The notes under the pieces were generated by a model. The model was given only the letters and a program-made list of their open reading frames with translations, was not told the origin of the DNA and searched no databases. A DNA stretch of 64,000 nt, taken from Pararhodobacter sp. (GTDB lineage Bacteria; Pseudomonadota; Alphaproteobacteria; Rhodobacterales; Rhodobacteraceae). The translations under genes were made by a program, and so were the position numbers. Shown here one piece after another: positions 1-7,848 of this stretch (within the stretch, counting starts at the first letter, position 1; each line of letters starts with the position of its first letter). Location of the stretch: NCBI GenBank assembly GCA_020832665.1, contig JAFIEG010000013.1:414-64413 (forward strand), written 5' to 3'.

Positions 1-1
1 G

Positions 2-904
2 GCGGTGCAGACCGCCATGCGGCTGTGGCGCGGCGAGGGCGTGCAGGGCTTTGTCGGCATGCATGACAGCGCCGTGCGCGCCGCGCTCAACGGCCAGTTT
101 CGCGGCCAGGTGCCCTATATCTATTCCGGGGTCTATGAGGGCGGAGAATGCGCGCCGGGCAACTGGCTGACCGCTGAAACCCCGGCCCAGCAGCTGGCCC
201 CCACCATCCCCTGGCTGGCCGAGAACCACGGCGCCAGCCAATGGTATCTGATCGGCAATGATTACAACTGGCCGCGCGATACCAACGACGCCGCCCGCCC
301 CATCATCGCCGAAGCCGGCGGCGAGATCGTGGGCGAAGAATATGTCCCGCTGGGCACCGCCGATTACGACGCCTCGCTGCAGCGCATCCGCGCCTCGGGG
401 GCCGATGCGGTGCTGGTCACGCTGGTGGGCGGCGACTCGGTAGCCTTCAATATCGGCTTCGGCGCCTTCGGGCTTGATGAGCAGGCGCTGCGGCTGGGCA
501 CGCTGATCGAGGAAAACACGCTGGCCGGTATCGGCGCAAGCGGGGCGAACCGGCTCTTTGCATCGATGGGCTTCTTCGCCAGCATCGAAACCGATTCCGC
601 GCAGGCTTTCGCCGCGCGCCACGCCGAAACCTTCGGCGCCGAGGCCGCGCAGCTCAACGGCATGGGCCAGTCGGTCTATGACGGGCTGATGCTGCTGGCG
701 GCGCTGGGCAACGCCGCGGGCTCGATGGATGCCGACGCCATCACCGCCGCCGCCGACGGCACCGGCTTCACCTCGCCGCGCGGCGAGGCGGTGCTCGATG
801 GCAACCATGTCGCGCAGACCATCTATCTGGCCGAAGGCACCGGCGGCGCCTTCAGCGTGGTCGCCAGCTTCGACAATGTCGCTCATGGCGTGACCTGCGA
901 GTAA
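2..904 (+). CDS. ABC transporter substrate-binding protein, type-I periplasmic-binding fold (LivK/AmiC-like); 5' end outside the window
   Basis: ORF 5..904 is open to the window edge, so it is 5' partial. The translation (..YLIGNDYNWPRD.., ..ADAVLVTLVGGDS..) resembles Leu/Ile/Val- or amide-binding proteins. Its TAA overlaps the ATG of the next permease gene (TAATG, 902-906). Confidence 0.8.
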   Translation, partial: AVQTAMRLWRGEGVQGFVGMHDSAVRAALNGQFRGQVPYIYSGVYEGGECAPGNWLTAETPAQQLAPTIPWLAENHGASQWYLIGNDYNWPRDTNDAARPIIAEAGGEIVGEEYVPLGTADYDASLQRIRASGADAVLVTLVGGDSVAFNIGFGAFGLDEQALRLGTLIEENTLAGIGASGANRLFASMGFFASIETDSAQAFAARHAETFGAEAAQLNGMGQSVYDGLMLLAALGNAAGSMDADAITAAADGTGFTSPRGEAVLDGNHVAQTIYLAEGTGGAFSVVASFDNVAHGVTCE

Positions 905-1755
905 TGGAAGCGGCGCTGCTGATCGGCCTCAACGCCGCCTGGCAGATCGCGGCCCTGGCGCTTCTGGCGCTGGGGCTTGCGATCGTGTTCGGCCTGCTGC
1001 GCATCCTCAACATGGCGCATGGCGAATTCGTCATGCTGGGCGCCTATGCCCATGTGCTGACCGCGCAGGCCGGGCTGCCGCCCTGGATGGCGCTGCCGGT
1101 CTGCATCGGCTTCGTGGGGCTGGCGGCGCTGGCGGTGGAAAGGCTGGTGGTGCGCCACCTCTATGACCGGATGTTCGACAGCCTGCTGGCCACCTGGGCG
1201 CTGTCGATCCTGATGCGCGAGGCGGTCGAACTGGTCTGGGGCCGCGCCTATCGCAATGTGCCGCTGCCGGTGGAAGGCGTCACCCAGCTGGGCCCGGTGG
1301 GTTATCCCAGTTACCGGCTGATGGTGATCGCGCTGATCGTTATTGTTTTCTTCGCGCTCTGGCGCTGGTACCGGCGCAGCCTGACCGGGGTGCGCCTGCG
1401 CGCGATGGTGTCGAACCCGGCGCTGGCACGCGCCTCGGGCATCAATACCGCGCGGCTGTCGGCAATGGCCTTTGTCACCGGCTGCGTGAGTGCCGGGCTT
1501 GCCGGACTGATCCTGGCGCCGGTGCTGGCGGTCGAGCCGAATATGGGGCTCGACGCGCTGATCCGGTCGTTCTTCGCGCTGGTCGTGGGCGGGCTGGGCA
1601 CGCTTGAAGGGCTGGGCATCGGCGTGGCCGTTGTCGGCGGGCTGCAGGCGGGGCTGAGCGCGGCCTTCAGCCAGACGGCGGGCTATCTGGGCGTTCTGAT
1701 CCTGGCCATCCTGTTCCTGTGGAGGCGCCCCGATGGGCTCTATCGTCGCCGTTAA
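904..1755 (+). CDS. Branched-chain amino acid/amide ABC transporter permease (LivH-like)
   Basis: 283-aa polytopic hydrophobic protein in an operon with the binding protein and ATPases. The start overlaps the upstream stop. Confidence 0.85.
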   Translation: MEAALLIGLNAAWQIAALALLALGLAIVFGLLRILNMAHGEFVMLGAYAHVLTAQAGLPPWMALPVCIGFVGLAALAVERLVVRHLYDRMFDSLLATWALSILMREAVELVWGRAYRNVPLPVEGVTQLGPVGYPSYRLMVIALIVIVFFALWRWYRRSLTGVRLRAMVSNPALARASGINTARLSAMAFVTGCVSAGLAGLILAPVLAVEPNMGLDALIRSFFALVVGGLGTLEGLGIGVAVVGGLQAGLSAAFSQTAGYLGVLILAILFLWRRPDGLYRRR

Positions 1756-3481
1756 CGCGGCCCTGGCGCTGGCGCTTCTCGCGGTGCCGGCGCTGTGGGG
1801 CGATTTCATGGCCTGGCAGATCGGGCTTTACCTGCTTTACGGCGTTGCCGCGCAGGGCGTGGGGCTGGCCTGGGGGCGCGGGGGCTTTCTGCCGCTGGGC
1901 AATGCGGTGTTCTTCGGTGTGGCGGCTTACGCCGCCGCGATGGTGCTCAACGCCACCGGCGGCGCGCTCTTGCCCAACCTGCTGGCGATGCTGGCCATCG
2001 CCGGCGTGCTGGCGGCGCTGGCCTGGGGGCTGGCGGCGCTGGTCTTTCACGGGCGCAGCGATTCAGGGCCCTTCTTCTCGCTCATCACGCTGGCGCTGGT
2101 GCTGATCGTGGCGCAACTGGCCGAAACCAACCCGTCCATCACCGGCGGCTTCAACGGCTATGCCGGCTTTGCACCGCTGGCCGGGCTGGACCCTTACGGC
2201 AACCTTTACTACGCCATCGTCGCGCTGGTGGTGGCGGTGAGCCTGTCGCTCATGGCGCTCGATCGCCTGCCCGCCGGACTGGTGCTGCGCGCGCTGGTGG
2301 CGCAGGAAGGGCGGTTGCAGCTTCTGGGCTTCGCCACCAACCGCGTCAAGGCCTGGGCCTTCGCCGGCGCGGCCTTCATCACCGCGCTCGCGGGCACGCT
2401 TTACGCCAGCCATCAGGGCATCGTCACACCGCAGGCCACGGGCTTCGTGCTTTCGGCCGAGTTGGTGATCTGGGCGGCGGTGGGTGGGCGTCTGCACCCG
2501 CTGGGGGCGCTTTTCGGCGCCGTGGCGATCGGGCTTCTGAGCGCCGAGCTGCGCGATATCCTGCCCTGGTGGGAGGTGGTGGTGGCCATGATCTTCCTGC
2601 TGGTGGTGCTGCTGGCGCCCGGCGGCGCGGCCGAGTTGGTTGCGCGTGGCGCCCGCGCCCTGGGCTGGCAGCGGCGCATTCCCCAACCCGCCCCCTGCCC
2701 CGCGCCGTCCTCGCGCGCCGCCGGCGCCACCGGTGCGCTGCGGCTCGAAGACGTGCAATTGCATGCCGGCGCCGTGCATATCCTTCGCGGTCTGGATGTA
2801 AGCTGCCCCGAAAGCGGCATCCTTTGCGTGATCGGCCCCAATGGCGCGGGCAAGACAACCATGCTCAAGGCGATTACCGGCGCCATGCGCCTGCAATCCG
2901 GGCGCATCCTGCTGGGCGAGCGCGATATCACGAATGCCCCGATCCATGCCGCGCTCGATGCCGGGATCGGCCGCAAGATGCAGATCCCCACCGTGTTTGG
3001 CGGGCTTAGCCTGACCGAGAACCTGCAACTGGCGTCGCTGGCCGGGCGCGCGCGCGCGGGCGATTTCCTGCACCCGGCCACGCTGGGCTGGCAGTCGCCT
3101 GCGCTGGCGCGCCTCATGGCGCATCCGGCCGTGCCGCTGGCCGGGCTGAGTGCGCGCGATGCCGGCTCCTTGCCGCAGGGCCACCGGCAGTTGCTGGAAC
3201 TGGGGCTGACCATTGCCGCCGAGCCGCAAATCCTGCTGCTCGACGAGCCCACCGCCGGCATGTCGCCCGAGGAAACCGCGCTGATGGTGGAGCTGATCCG
3301 CGATTATCAGGCCCAGACCGGCGCCTTCGTGCTGGTCATCGAGCATGACATGGCGCTGGTGGCAGCGCTCGATGCGCGCGTTCTGGTGCTGCATCAGGGG
3401 CGCAATCTGGCCGTGGGCCGGCTCGACGAGGTTCGCGCCAATCCGGCCGTTGCCGCCGTCTATGCGGGGGGCGAGAAATGA
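1733..3481 (+). CDS. Fused LivM-like permease / LivG-like ABC ATPase
   Basis: 582 aa in one frame. The N-terminal ~330 aa are hydrophobic and permease-like. The C-terminal half has Walker A GPNGAGKTT and Walker B LLLDEPTAGM. Confidence 0.85.
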   Translation: MGSIVAVNAALALALLAVPALWGDFMAWQIGLYLLYGVAAQGVGLAWGRGGFLPLGNAVFFGVAAYAAAMVLNATGGALLPNLLAMLAIAGVLAALAWGLAALVFHGRSDSGPFFSLITLALVLIVAQLAETNPSITGGFNGYAGFAPLAGLDPYGNLYYAIVALVVAVSLSLMALDRLPAGLVLRALVAQEGRLQLLGFATNRVKAWAFAGAAFITALAGTLYASHQGIVTPQATGFVLSAELVIWAAVGGRLHPLGALFGAVAIGLLSAELRDILPWWEVVVAMIFLLVVLLAPGGAAELVARGARALGWQRRIPQPAPCPAPSSRAAGATGALRLEDVQLHAGAVHILRGLDVSCPESGILCVIGPNGAGKTTMLKAITGAMRLQSGRILLGERDITNAPIHAALDAGIGRKMQIPTVFGGLSLTENLQLASLAGRARAGDFLHPATLGWQSPALARLMAHPAVPLAGLSARDAGSLPQGHRQLLELGLTIAAEPQILLLDEPTAGMSPEETALMVELIRDYQAQTGAFVLVIEHDMALVAALDARVLVLHQGRNLAVGRLDEVRANPAVAAVYAGGEK

Positions 3482-4161
3482 CCAAAATGTTGCTTCGGCT
3501 CGAAGATGTCTCTGGCGGATATGGCGATACGCTGGTGCATCGCGGGCTCTCGCTGGAGCTGGCGGCGGGGCAGGTGCTGGGCGTGATCGGGCGCAACGGC
3601 ACCGGCAAGACCACGCTGGCGCAGCTGATCGGCGGCGAGCTTTCGCTGGCGGCGGGGCGCATGGTGCTAGGCGGGCGCGACATCTCCAGCCTGCCGCCAT
3701 GGGAGCGCGCCAAGGCGGGCATCGCGGTGATGCCACAAACCGGGATGGTGTTTGACGCACTCACCGTCGCCGAAAACCTGGCGCTGCTGGGACCGGTAAC
3801 GCTGGGCAAGCTGGGCGAGCGCTTTCCGCATGTCGTTGATCGCCTGAGCCAGCAGGCGGGCTCGATGTCGGGCGGCGAGCGCAAGATTCTGGGCTTCGTG
3901 CGTACCATGCTCAGCCCGGCCCGGCTGGTGGTGCTGGATGAGCCCTCCGAAGGTGTCCAGGCCGAGAATATCGCGCACATGCAGGACACGATCGCCGAAG
4001 CGCGCGCCGCCGGTCTTGCCTGCATCCTGCTGGAGCAGAACATCTCGATGGTCGAGGCGCTGGCCGACAGCGTGATCGCGCTGGACAGCAACGGTATCGT
4101 CTATAAGGCGCAGGGCGCGCAGATCGACCGCAAGGCGATGCTGGCTGCCATCAGCATCTGA
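3478..4161 (+). CDS. ABC transporter ATP-binding protein (LivF-like)
   Basis: Walker A GRNGTGKTT, signature SGGERK, Walker B VVLDEPSEG. ATGA start/stop overlap with the preceding gene. Confidence 0.85.
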   Translation: MTKMLLRLEDVSGGYGDTLVHRGLSLELAAGQVLGVIGRNGTGKTTLAQLIGGELSLAAGRMVLGGRDISSLPPWERAKAGIAVMPQTGMVFDALTVAENLALLGPVTLGKLGERFPHVVDRLSQQAGSMSGGERKILGFVRTMLSPARLVVLDEPSEGVQAENIAHMQDTIAEARAAGLACILLEQNISMVEALADSVIALDSNGIVYKAQGAQIDRKAMLAAISI

Positions 4162-4210
4162 CCGGCTGGCTGAGATTTCGGCTTCGGTTTGAGCACTGGC
4201 ACCGACCGCT

Positions 4211-4275
4211 GTCGTGCCGAAGGCATGCCCTGGCGCAGTCGTGCCGAAGGCACGCCTTTGGCGTGACGCCGGGCG
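4211..4275. repeat. REP-like hairpin repeat block (family A): two GTCGTGCC-GAA-GGCA(C/T)GCC units plus CTTTGGCGTGACGCCGGGC
   Basis: CGTGCC/GGCACG is a 6-bp stem around a GAA loop. The 19-nt segment 4256-4274 is identical, inverted, to 45291-45309. The adjacent hairpin unit is 15/18 identical to 45310-45327. Confidence 0.75.
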
Positions 4276-4292
4276 CGATGACCCAGTGTTGT

Positions 4293-4340
4293 CACATGTC
4301 CGAGGAACGAAAAACCGGTTCCCACTTCTTCGCGGCACGC
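4293..4340 (-). repeat. 48-nt intergenic repeat (family C) with AACCGGTT core
   Basis: The reverse complement matches 14018-14065 at 40 of 48 positions by hand alignment. Confidence 0.65.
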
Positions 4341-4379
4341 CAGAGTGCACCCAGCTCAGCCGTCCTTCCGCCCGGTCTG

Positions 4380-4625
4380 TTGGTAAAGCGCATTGCCTGG
4401 ATTTGCGGCGAGCCCGTCGCCCGCCCATGATGCGATCCGTGCTGAGTTAAGCGCGTTGCATGGCCACGCTCGGCGCCCTGCGCCACGGACGTTTATGCGC
4501 GAGATTCGTCGAAGAACTGCGCGCGTGTGGCAGCCCGGGAAGGTCATCACCATCGCAGTCGCCCGAAAACGGCTCAGCGTGGCGAACGCCGTCTTGCGGG
4601 ACCGGTTTCCCTTTCCAAGCAATTC
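4380..4625 (+). mobile_element. Degenerate relic of an IS110-family transposase 3' end (frameshifted, no intact ORF)
   Basis: Two adjacent frames read ..LCARFVEELRACGSPG.. and ..QPGKVITIAVARKRLSVANAVLRDRFPF... Together they resemble the conserved IS110 C-terminus (..FYxRLxxxGKPxKVAxxAVxRKLLxxxNAxLRD..PW). There is no start codon or catalytic N-terminal domain. Confidence 0.4.
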
Positions 4626-4652
4626 TCCGTAACACAGCTGCCACCCCGCGCG

Positions 4653-4742
4653 CCCCGTCACGTCGAAGGCGTGCTTCCAGCACGACCACGCTACAAGCGT
4701 GCTTTCAGCACGACAATGCCACAAGCGTGCTTCCAGCACGAC
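4653..4742. repeat. Family A variant: leader CCCCGTCACGTCGAAG followed by 3 tandem 28-bp units, each with a GCGTGCT-TYC-AGCACGAC hairpin
   Basis: Units start at 4669, 4697 and 4725 (28-bp period). The stem is CGTGCT/AGCACG, a compensated C:G to T:A change relative to CGTGCC/GGCACG elsewhere. The leader is near-identical to 24751-24766. Confidence 0.75.
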
Positions 4743-5026
4743 GCAGGCGCTGCCCTTGCGGGCGCACGGGCGGGCGTGAGAAGCCGGGTTACCGGAACTA
4801 ATCAGACTTGATATCAGCCGGCCTGCTGGTCGCGCGATGGCGCTTCTATCCCGACGTTCACTTTGCATGGCTACAGAGCCAGTGGGGGGCAAGGCGAATG
4901 CGCCGCCACGCATCGATCGGTATTCATGCGTGCGCGTGGATATACCCGTTCAGCGCAGGGAGAGTGAGTCTCACCGCCAGCATGGCGAGGTGTGATACCG
5001 CAGACATCGCGGGCACGAATGCGCCT

Positions 5027-6106
5027 TCAGGCCTGCCCGATGTCCAGCGTCACGCCTTGCACCGGCGTTGCTGGCCGGCACGGGGCATTGCGCACGGTTT
5101 CGTCGGTTCCATCGGAATGGAGCATGGTCATCCGGCTGCGCCCGGCATGCTTGGACAGGTAGAGCGCCTTGTCGGCCCGCGCGAGAAGCGCATCGCGCCG
5201 GTCGCGACAGTCGGGGCAGTCGGGGGGCACCTCGGTCTGGTGCAGAACCGCGCCGATCGAGGCCGATATCCGGCATTCGTGCCCGTCGAAGGGGATCGGA
5301 GTTTCCAGCCGCGCCAGCAGCGCCCGCCCGATGCGTCGAATCGGTTCGAAATTGCGAATCGTCGGCAGCAGGATGATGAATTCGTCCCCTCCGACCCGAG
5401 CCACCAGATCGTTGCCGCGCACCGACTGGCGCAGCGCAGCCGCAACGGCAACGAGCACATGATCGCCGGCTGCATGGCCCAGCGTGTCGTTGACCTGCTT
5501 GAAGCGATCTAGATCGACATGCATCAGCCCGAAGGGGCTGCCGGCGGCGAGAAGTTGCTGCATCTGGCGTTCCAGCGCACGGCGATTGCCCAGCCCGGTC
5601 AGCGTGTCGGTCAGCGCCTGTGCCTCGGCCTGCTTCTTGGCGCCGAGCAGTCGTTGGTTCATCCGGTCCAGCTCGGCCATGACCGCGGCTTTCGCCTCGG
5701 CCAGATACAGCAGTTCGATGGCCAGGTCGGTAGGGGCGAAATCAGTATCGCTGAGAGCGTGTTCGCGCACCGCGTCGCGCACGCCATAGCCGAAAGACAG
5801 GTTCAGCAGAGCGCCGGTGGCGCCGGCCAGCGGCACCGCCACCCCCTTGAACCCGGTACGGGGTGGGCTGGCGAAGTTGAGCCTTATCCGCGTTGCGCGC
5901 ACCAGATCCTCGGCGTGCGAGATGCGGCGCGGGCGGCGCAGCTCGAAAACCTGCTCGAGCGGCGTGCCGGGGGCGACCGGCCCGGCAAGCTTGCGCAAGG
6001 TCGGCCCCATGCTGCGGATCCGGCATTGCCGGTCGATCCACAGGAACATGGGCATCATTTCACCAAGCGCGGCAGGGTCCAGCGCGATTGAGGCAGGCTT
6101 CGTCAC
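5027..6106 (-). CDS. Diguanylate cyclase with sGC-like HNOBA (PAS-like) N-terminal domain and coiled coil (H-NOX-associated cyclase)
   Basis: N-terminus ..MFLWIDRQCRIRSMGPTLRKL..VFELRRPR.. resembles the HNOBA region of soluble guanylate cyclase. A coiled coil follows (..AELDRMNQRLLGAKKQAEAQ..). The GGDEF domain is intact with an I-site (RGNDLVARVGGDEF). The GTG start overlaps the upstream stop (GTGA). Confidence 0.85.
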   Translation of the reverse strand: MTKPASIALDPAALGEMMPMFLWIDRQCRIRSMGPTLRKLAGPVAPGTPLEQVFELRRPRRISHAEDLVRATRIRLNFASPPRTGFKGVAVPLAGATGALLNLSFGYGVRDAVREHALSDTDFAPTDLAIELLYLAEAKAAVMAELDRMNQRLLGAKKQAEAQALTDTLTGLGNRRALERQMQQLLAAGSPFGLMHVDLDRFKQVNDTLGHAAGDHVLVAVAAALRQSVRGNDLVARVGGDEFIILLPTIRNFEPIRRIGRALLARLETPIPFDGHECRISASIGAVLHQTEVPPDCPDCRDRRDALLARADKALYLSKHAGRSRMTMLHSDGTDETVRNAPCRPATPVQGVTLDIGQA

Positions 6107-6792
6107 GGGCTCTCCGCTCCCACCAGTTCGAACCGACGGCCGCTGTGAAAGGTAGGATCATGCACCTCGATTGCGATGATCTCGTCCTGCACCGGCTTCG
6201 ATCGCCTGCCGTTTGATCGGCGCGCGCCGTTTTCCGCCACGGTCCGGTTGCCGGGCCGGTTTTCAGGATGCGCGCCGGGCTGCGCCCCCTTGTGTTCGAG
6301 CACGGCGAGCGCCCCGTAATCATCGGCCATCGCCCTGAGAATGCCGAGCATCACATGGCCAAATCCCGGCGGGCATGCCCGGCAGGTCAGCAGGAACCGG
6401 CCCTGGCCCCGATCTTCGGTAACGATTTCCGGCAGCACGAGTTCGGGCACGGCAAGCAGGGTCCGGCCCTGAAGATCCTCGAGCGAGTAGAGAAAATCGG
6501 TGAAGCTGACCCCGCCAAATCGCAGGAGCCGGCGCAGCGCGGCCAGCCGGGGATTGCCGACCAGATAGGTGCCCAGATCCTCAAGCAGCGAACAACGCGT
6601 GCGATCCAGCAGCCGCGCGGCAACCGCGAGCACGGCATCGGTGATCCGGTCGTCATATTGCTGCATGGCCTCGAACCCGTCGGGACCCAGATCCTGCGCA
6701 ACACCGGATTGCGCGCTCACACGCTGCCAGACCGCTTCGCCGAAGCTGTCGGTGATGAAGCTCTGGATCGCCTTGTTGATCAGCCCGTGCAT
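6103..6792 (-). CDS. H-NOX (HNOB)-like sensor domain protein with ~60-aa C-terminal extension
   Basis: N-terminus MHGLINKAIQSFITDSFGEAVWQRV.. matches the characteristic H-NOX start (MYG(F/L)(V/I)N.A...). It is coupled to the downstream cyclase. See the finding on missing heme ligands. Confidence 0.8.
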   Translation of the reverse strand: MHGLINKAIQSFITDSFGEAVWQRVSAQSGVAQDLGPDGFEAMQQYDDRITDAVLAVAARLLDRTRCSLLEDLGTYLVGNPRLAALRRLLRFGGVSFTDFLYSLEDLQGRTLLAVPELVLPEIVTEDRGQGRFLLTCRACPPGFGHVMLGILRAMADDYGALAVLEHKGAQPGAHPENRPGNRTVAENGARRSNGRRSKPVQDEIIAIEVHDPTFHSGRRFELVGAESP

Positions 6793-6856
6793 CTCGCACC
6801 CCGGATAGTTGCCCTGCAGATGCTAGGCAGGCCAGGTTAAGAAATGGCAAACGGCA

Positions 6857-7567
6857 TCACGCCGGCACAATGCCCAGCAGGGCCGGCAGGTGGCCGATAT
6901 CGGGGCGCAGCGCATCGGCATGGGGTGCCAGGTCGGCGCTTTCCGCCACGCCGGTCAGAACCGCCAGCGTGCGCATGCCGGCGGCGCGACCGGCATCGAG
7001 GTCATGGCGGCTGTCGCCAACCATGAGCACTGCCTCGGGCGGCAGACCGCAATGGCGGGCGAAGGCCAGCGGCATGCCCGGCCCGGGCTTTGCCCCGTAG
7101 CCCGAATCGAAGCCGGCGACGAAGTCGAACATCTCCATCAGATCGCCGAGATGCTGGCGGGCGACCGCTTCGTGGTCATTGGTCGCCACACCCAGCCGGT
7201 AGCCGGCCGCAGCAAGGCCTTGCAGCAGCGGCCGCAGCGGTACCGCCTCGACCAGCGGCACCGCGGCGGCGGCAGCCGAGATGCGCGCCTCGATCACCTC
7301 GAGCGGCAGGCCGGGCGGGGGCAGATAGGGCGCAACAAGCGCCGCCGCCTCGCGCCCGGTGCCGGCAATCACCTTGCTGTGCGGCAGGAAACGACACCTT
7401 TCCTCGTCGAAACCGATGGCCTGCGCCAGTGCCGACCGGCGCGCGGCGTCGGACCCGCCGATCTGGCGGATCATCATCATTGCCCAGGAACTCCACGTCG
7501 CCTGGAAATCGTAAAGGGTGCCATCCTTGTCGAACAGTATTGCCCGGATATCGTGCATTCGGCTCAT
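6857..7567 (-). CDS. HAD-superfamily hydrolase (phosphoglycolate phosphatase-like, subfamily IA)
   Basis: Motif I ILFDKDGTLYD, motif III/IV ..MVGDSRHDLDAG... ATGA overlap with the upstream DUF3572 gene. Confidence 0.8.
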   Translation of the reverse strand: MSRMHDIRAILFDKDGTLYDFQATWSSWAMMMIRQIGGSDAARRSALAQAIGFDEERCRFLPHSKVIAGTGREAAALVAPYLPPPGLPLEVIEARISAAAAAVPLVEAVPLRPLLQGLAAAGYRLGVATNDHEAVARQHLGDLMEMFDFVAGFDSGYGAKPGPGMPLAFARHCGLPPEAVLMVGDSRHDLDAGRAAGMRTLAVLTGVAESADLAPHADALRPDIGHLPALLGIVPA

Positions 7568-7848
7568 GTCCAGTGCATCTCGGCGCCGCCAGGCAGCGCG
7601 GTGCGCGCCTCGGCGGGGCGTTCGGGCGGCACGCCAAGATCGGCGCAGCAGGCCAGAAGCTGATCTTCACTGGCCATCAGGAAATCAATGACAGCGAGAA
7701 GAAAACCGGGCTGTGCCAACGCCTTGCGCATATCTGCGGGTGCCGAGCCGGTTGCTGCCATGAAGGCACCCAGGCGCGCGGAATCGGTGCTCAGCCATTC
7801 CAGAACGCGGGCTGCGAACAATTCAGCCTCGGGGCGTGATAAAGCCAT
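7564..7848 (-). CDS. Small conserved protein (DUF3572-like)
   Basis: 94-aa ORF with good coding character. It is the first gene of the strand-minus unit divergent from pleD. Family name is from memory of the motif (..FMAATG....MR......FL.AV.DFL..). Confidence 0.6.
   Translation of the reverse strand: MALSRPEAELFAARVLEWLSTDSARLGAFMAATGSAPADMRKALAQPGFLLAVIDFLMASEDQLLACCADLGVPPERPAEARTALPGGAEMHWT

Noticed and set aside
2063-3760. Very long antisense or alternative-frame ORFs. Examples: 2063..3760(-) 565 aa, 883..1809(-), 22666..24897(-) 743 aa, 34813..36687(+) 624 aa, 58637..60229(+) 530 aa.
   Set aside because: Their translations are Arg/Ala/Gly/Pro-rich low-complexity strings with no motifs. 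They lie opposite or out of frame with genes that have clear family signatures. This is typical of stop-codon-poor frames in very GC-rich DNA.
4669-4742. The 3 x 28-bp tandem hairpin array, considered as a possible mini-CRISPR.
   Set aside because: There are only three units. The 'spacers' are 10 nt, there are no cas genes, and the unit is a variant of the dispersed REP-like hairpin.
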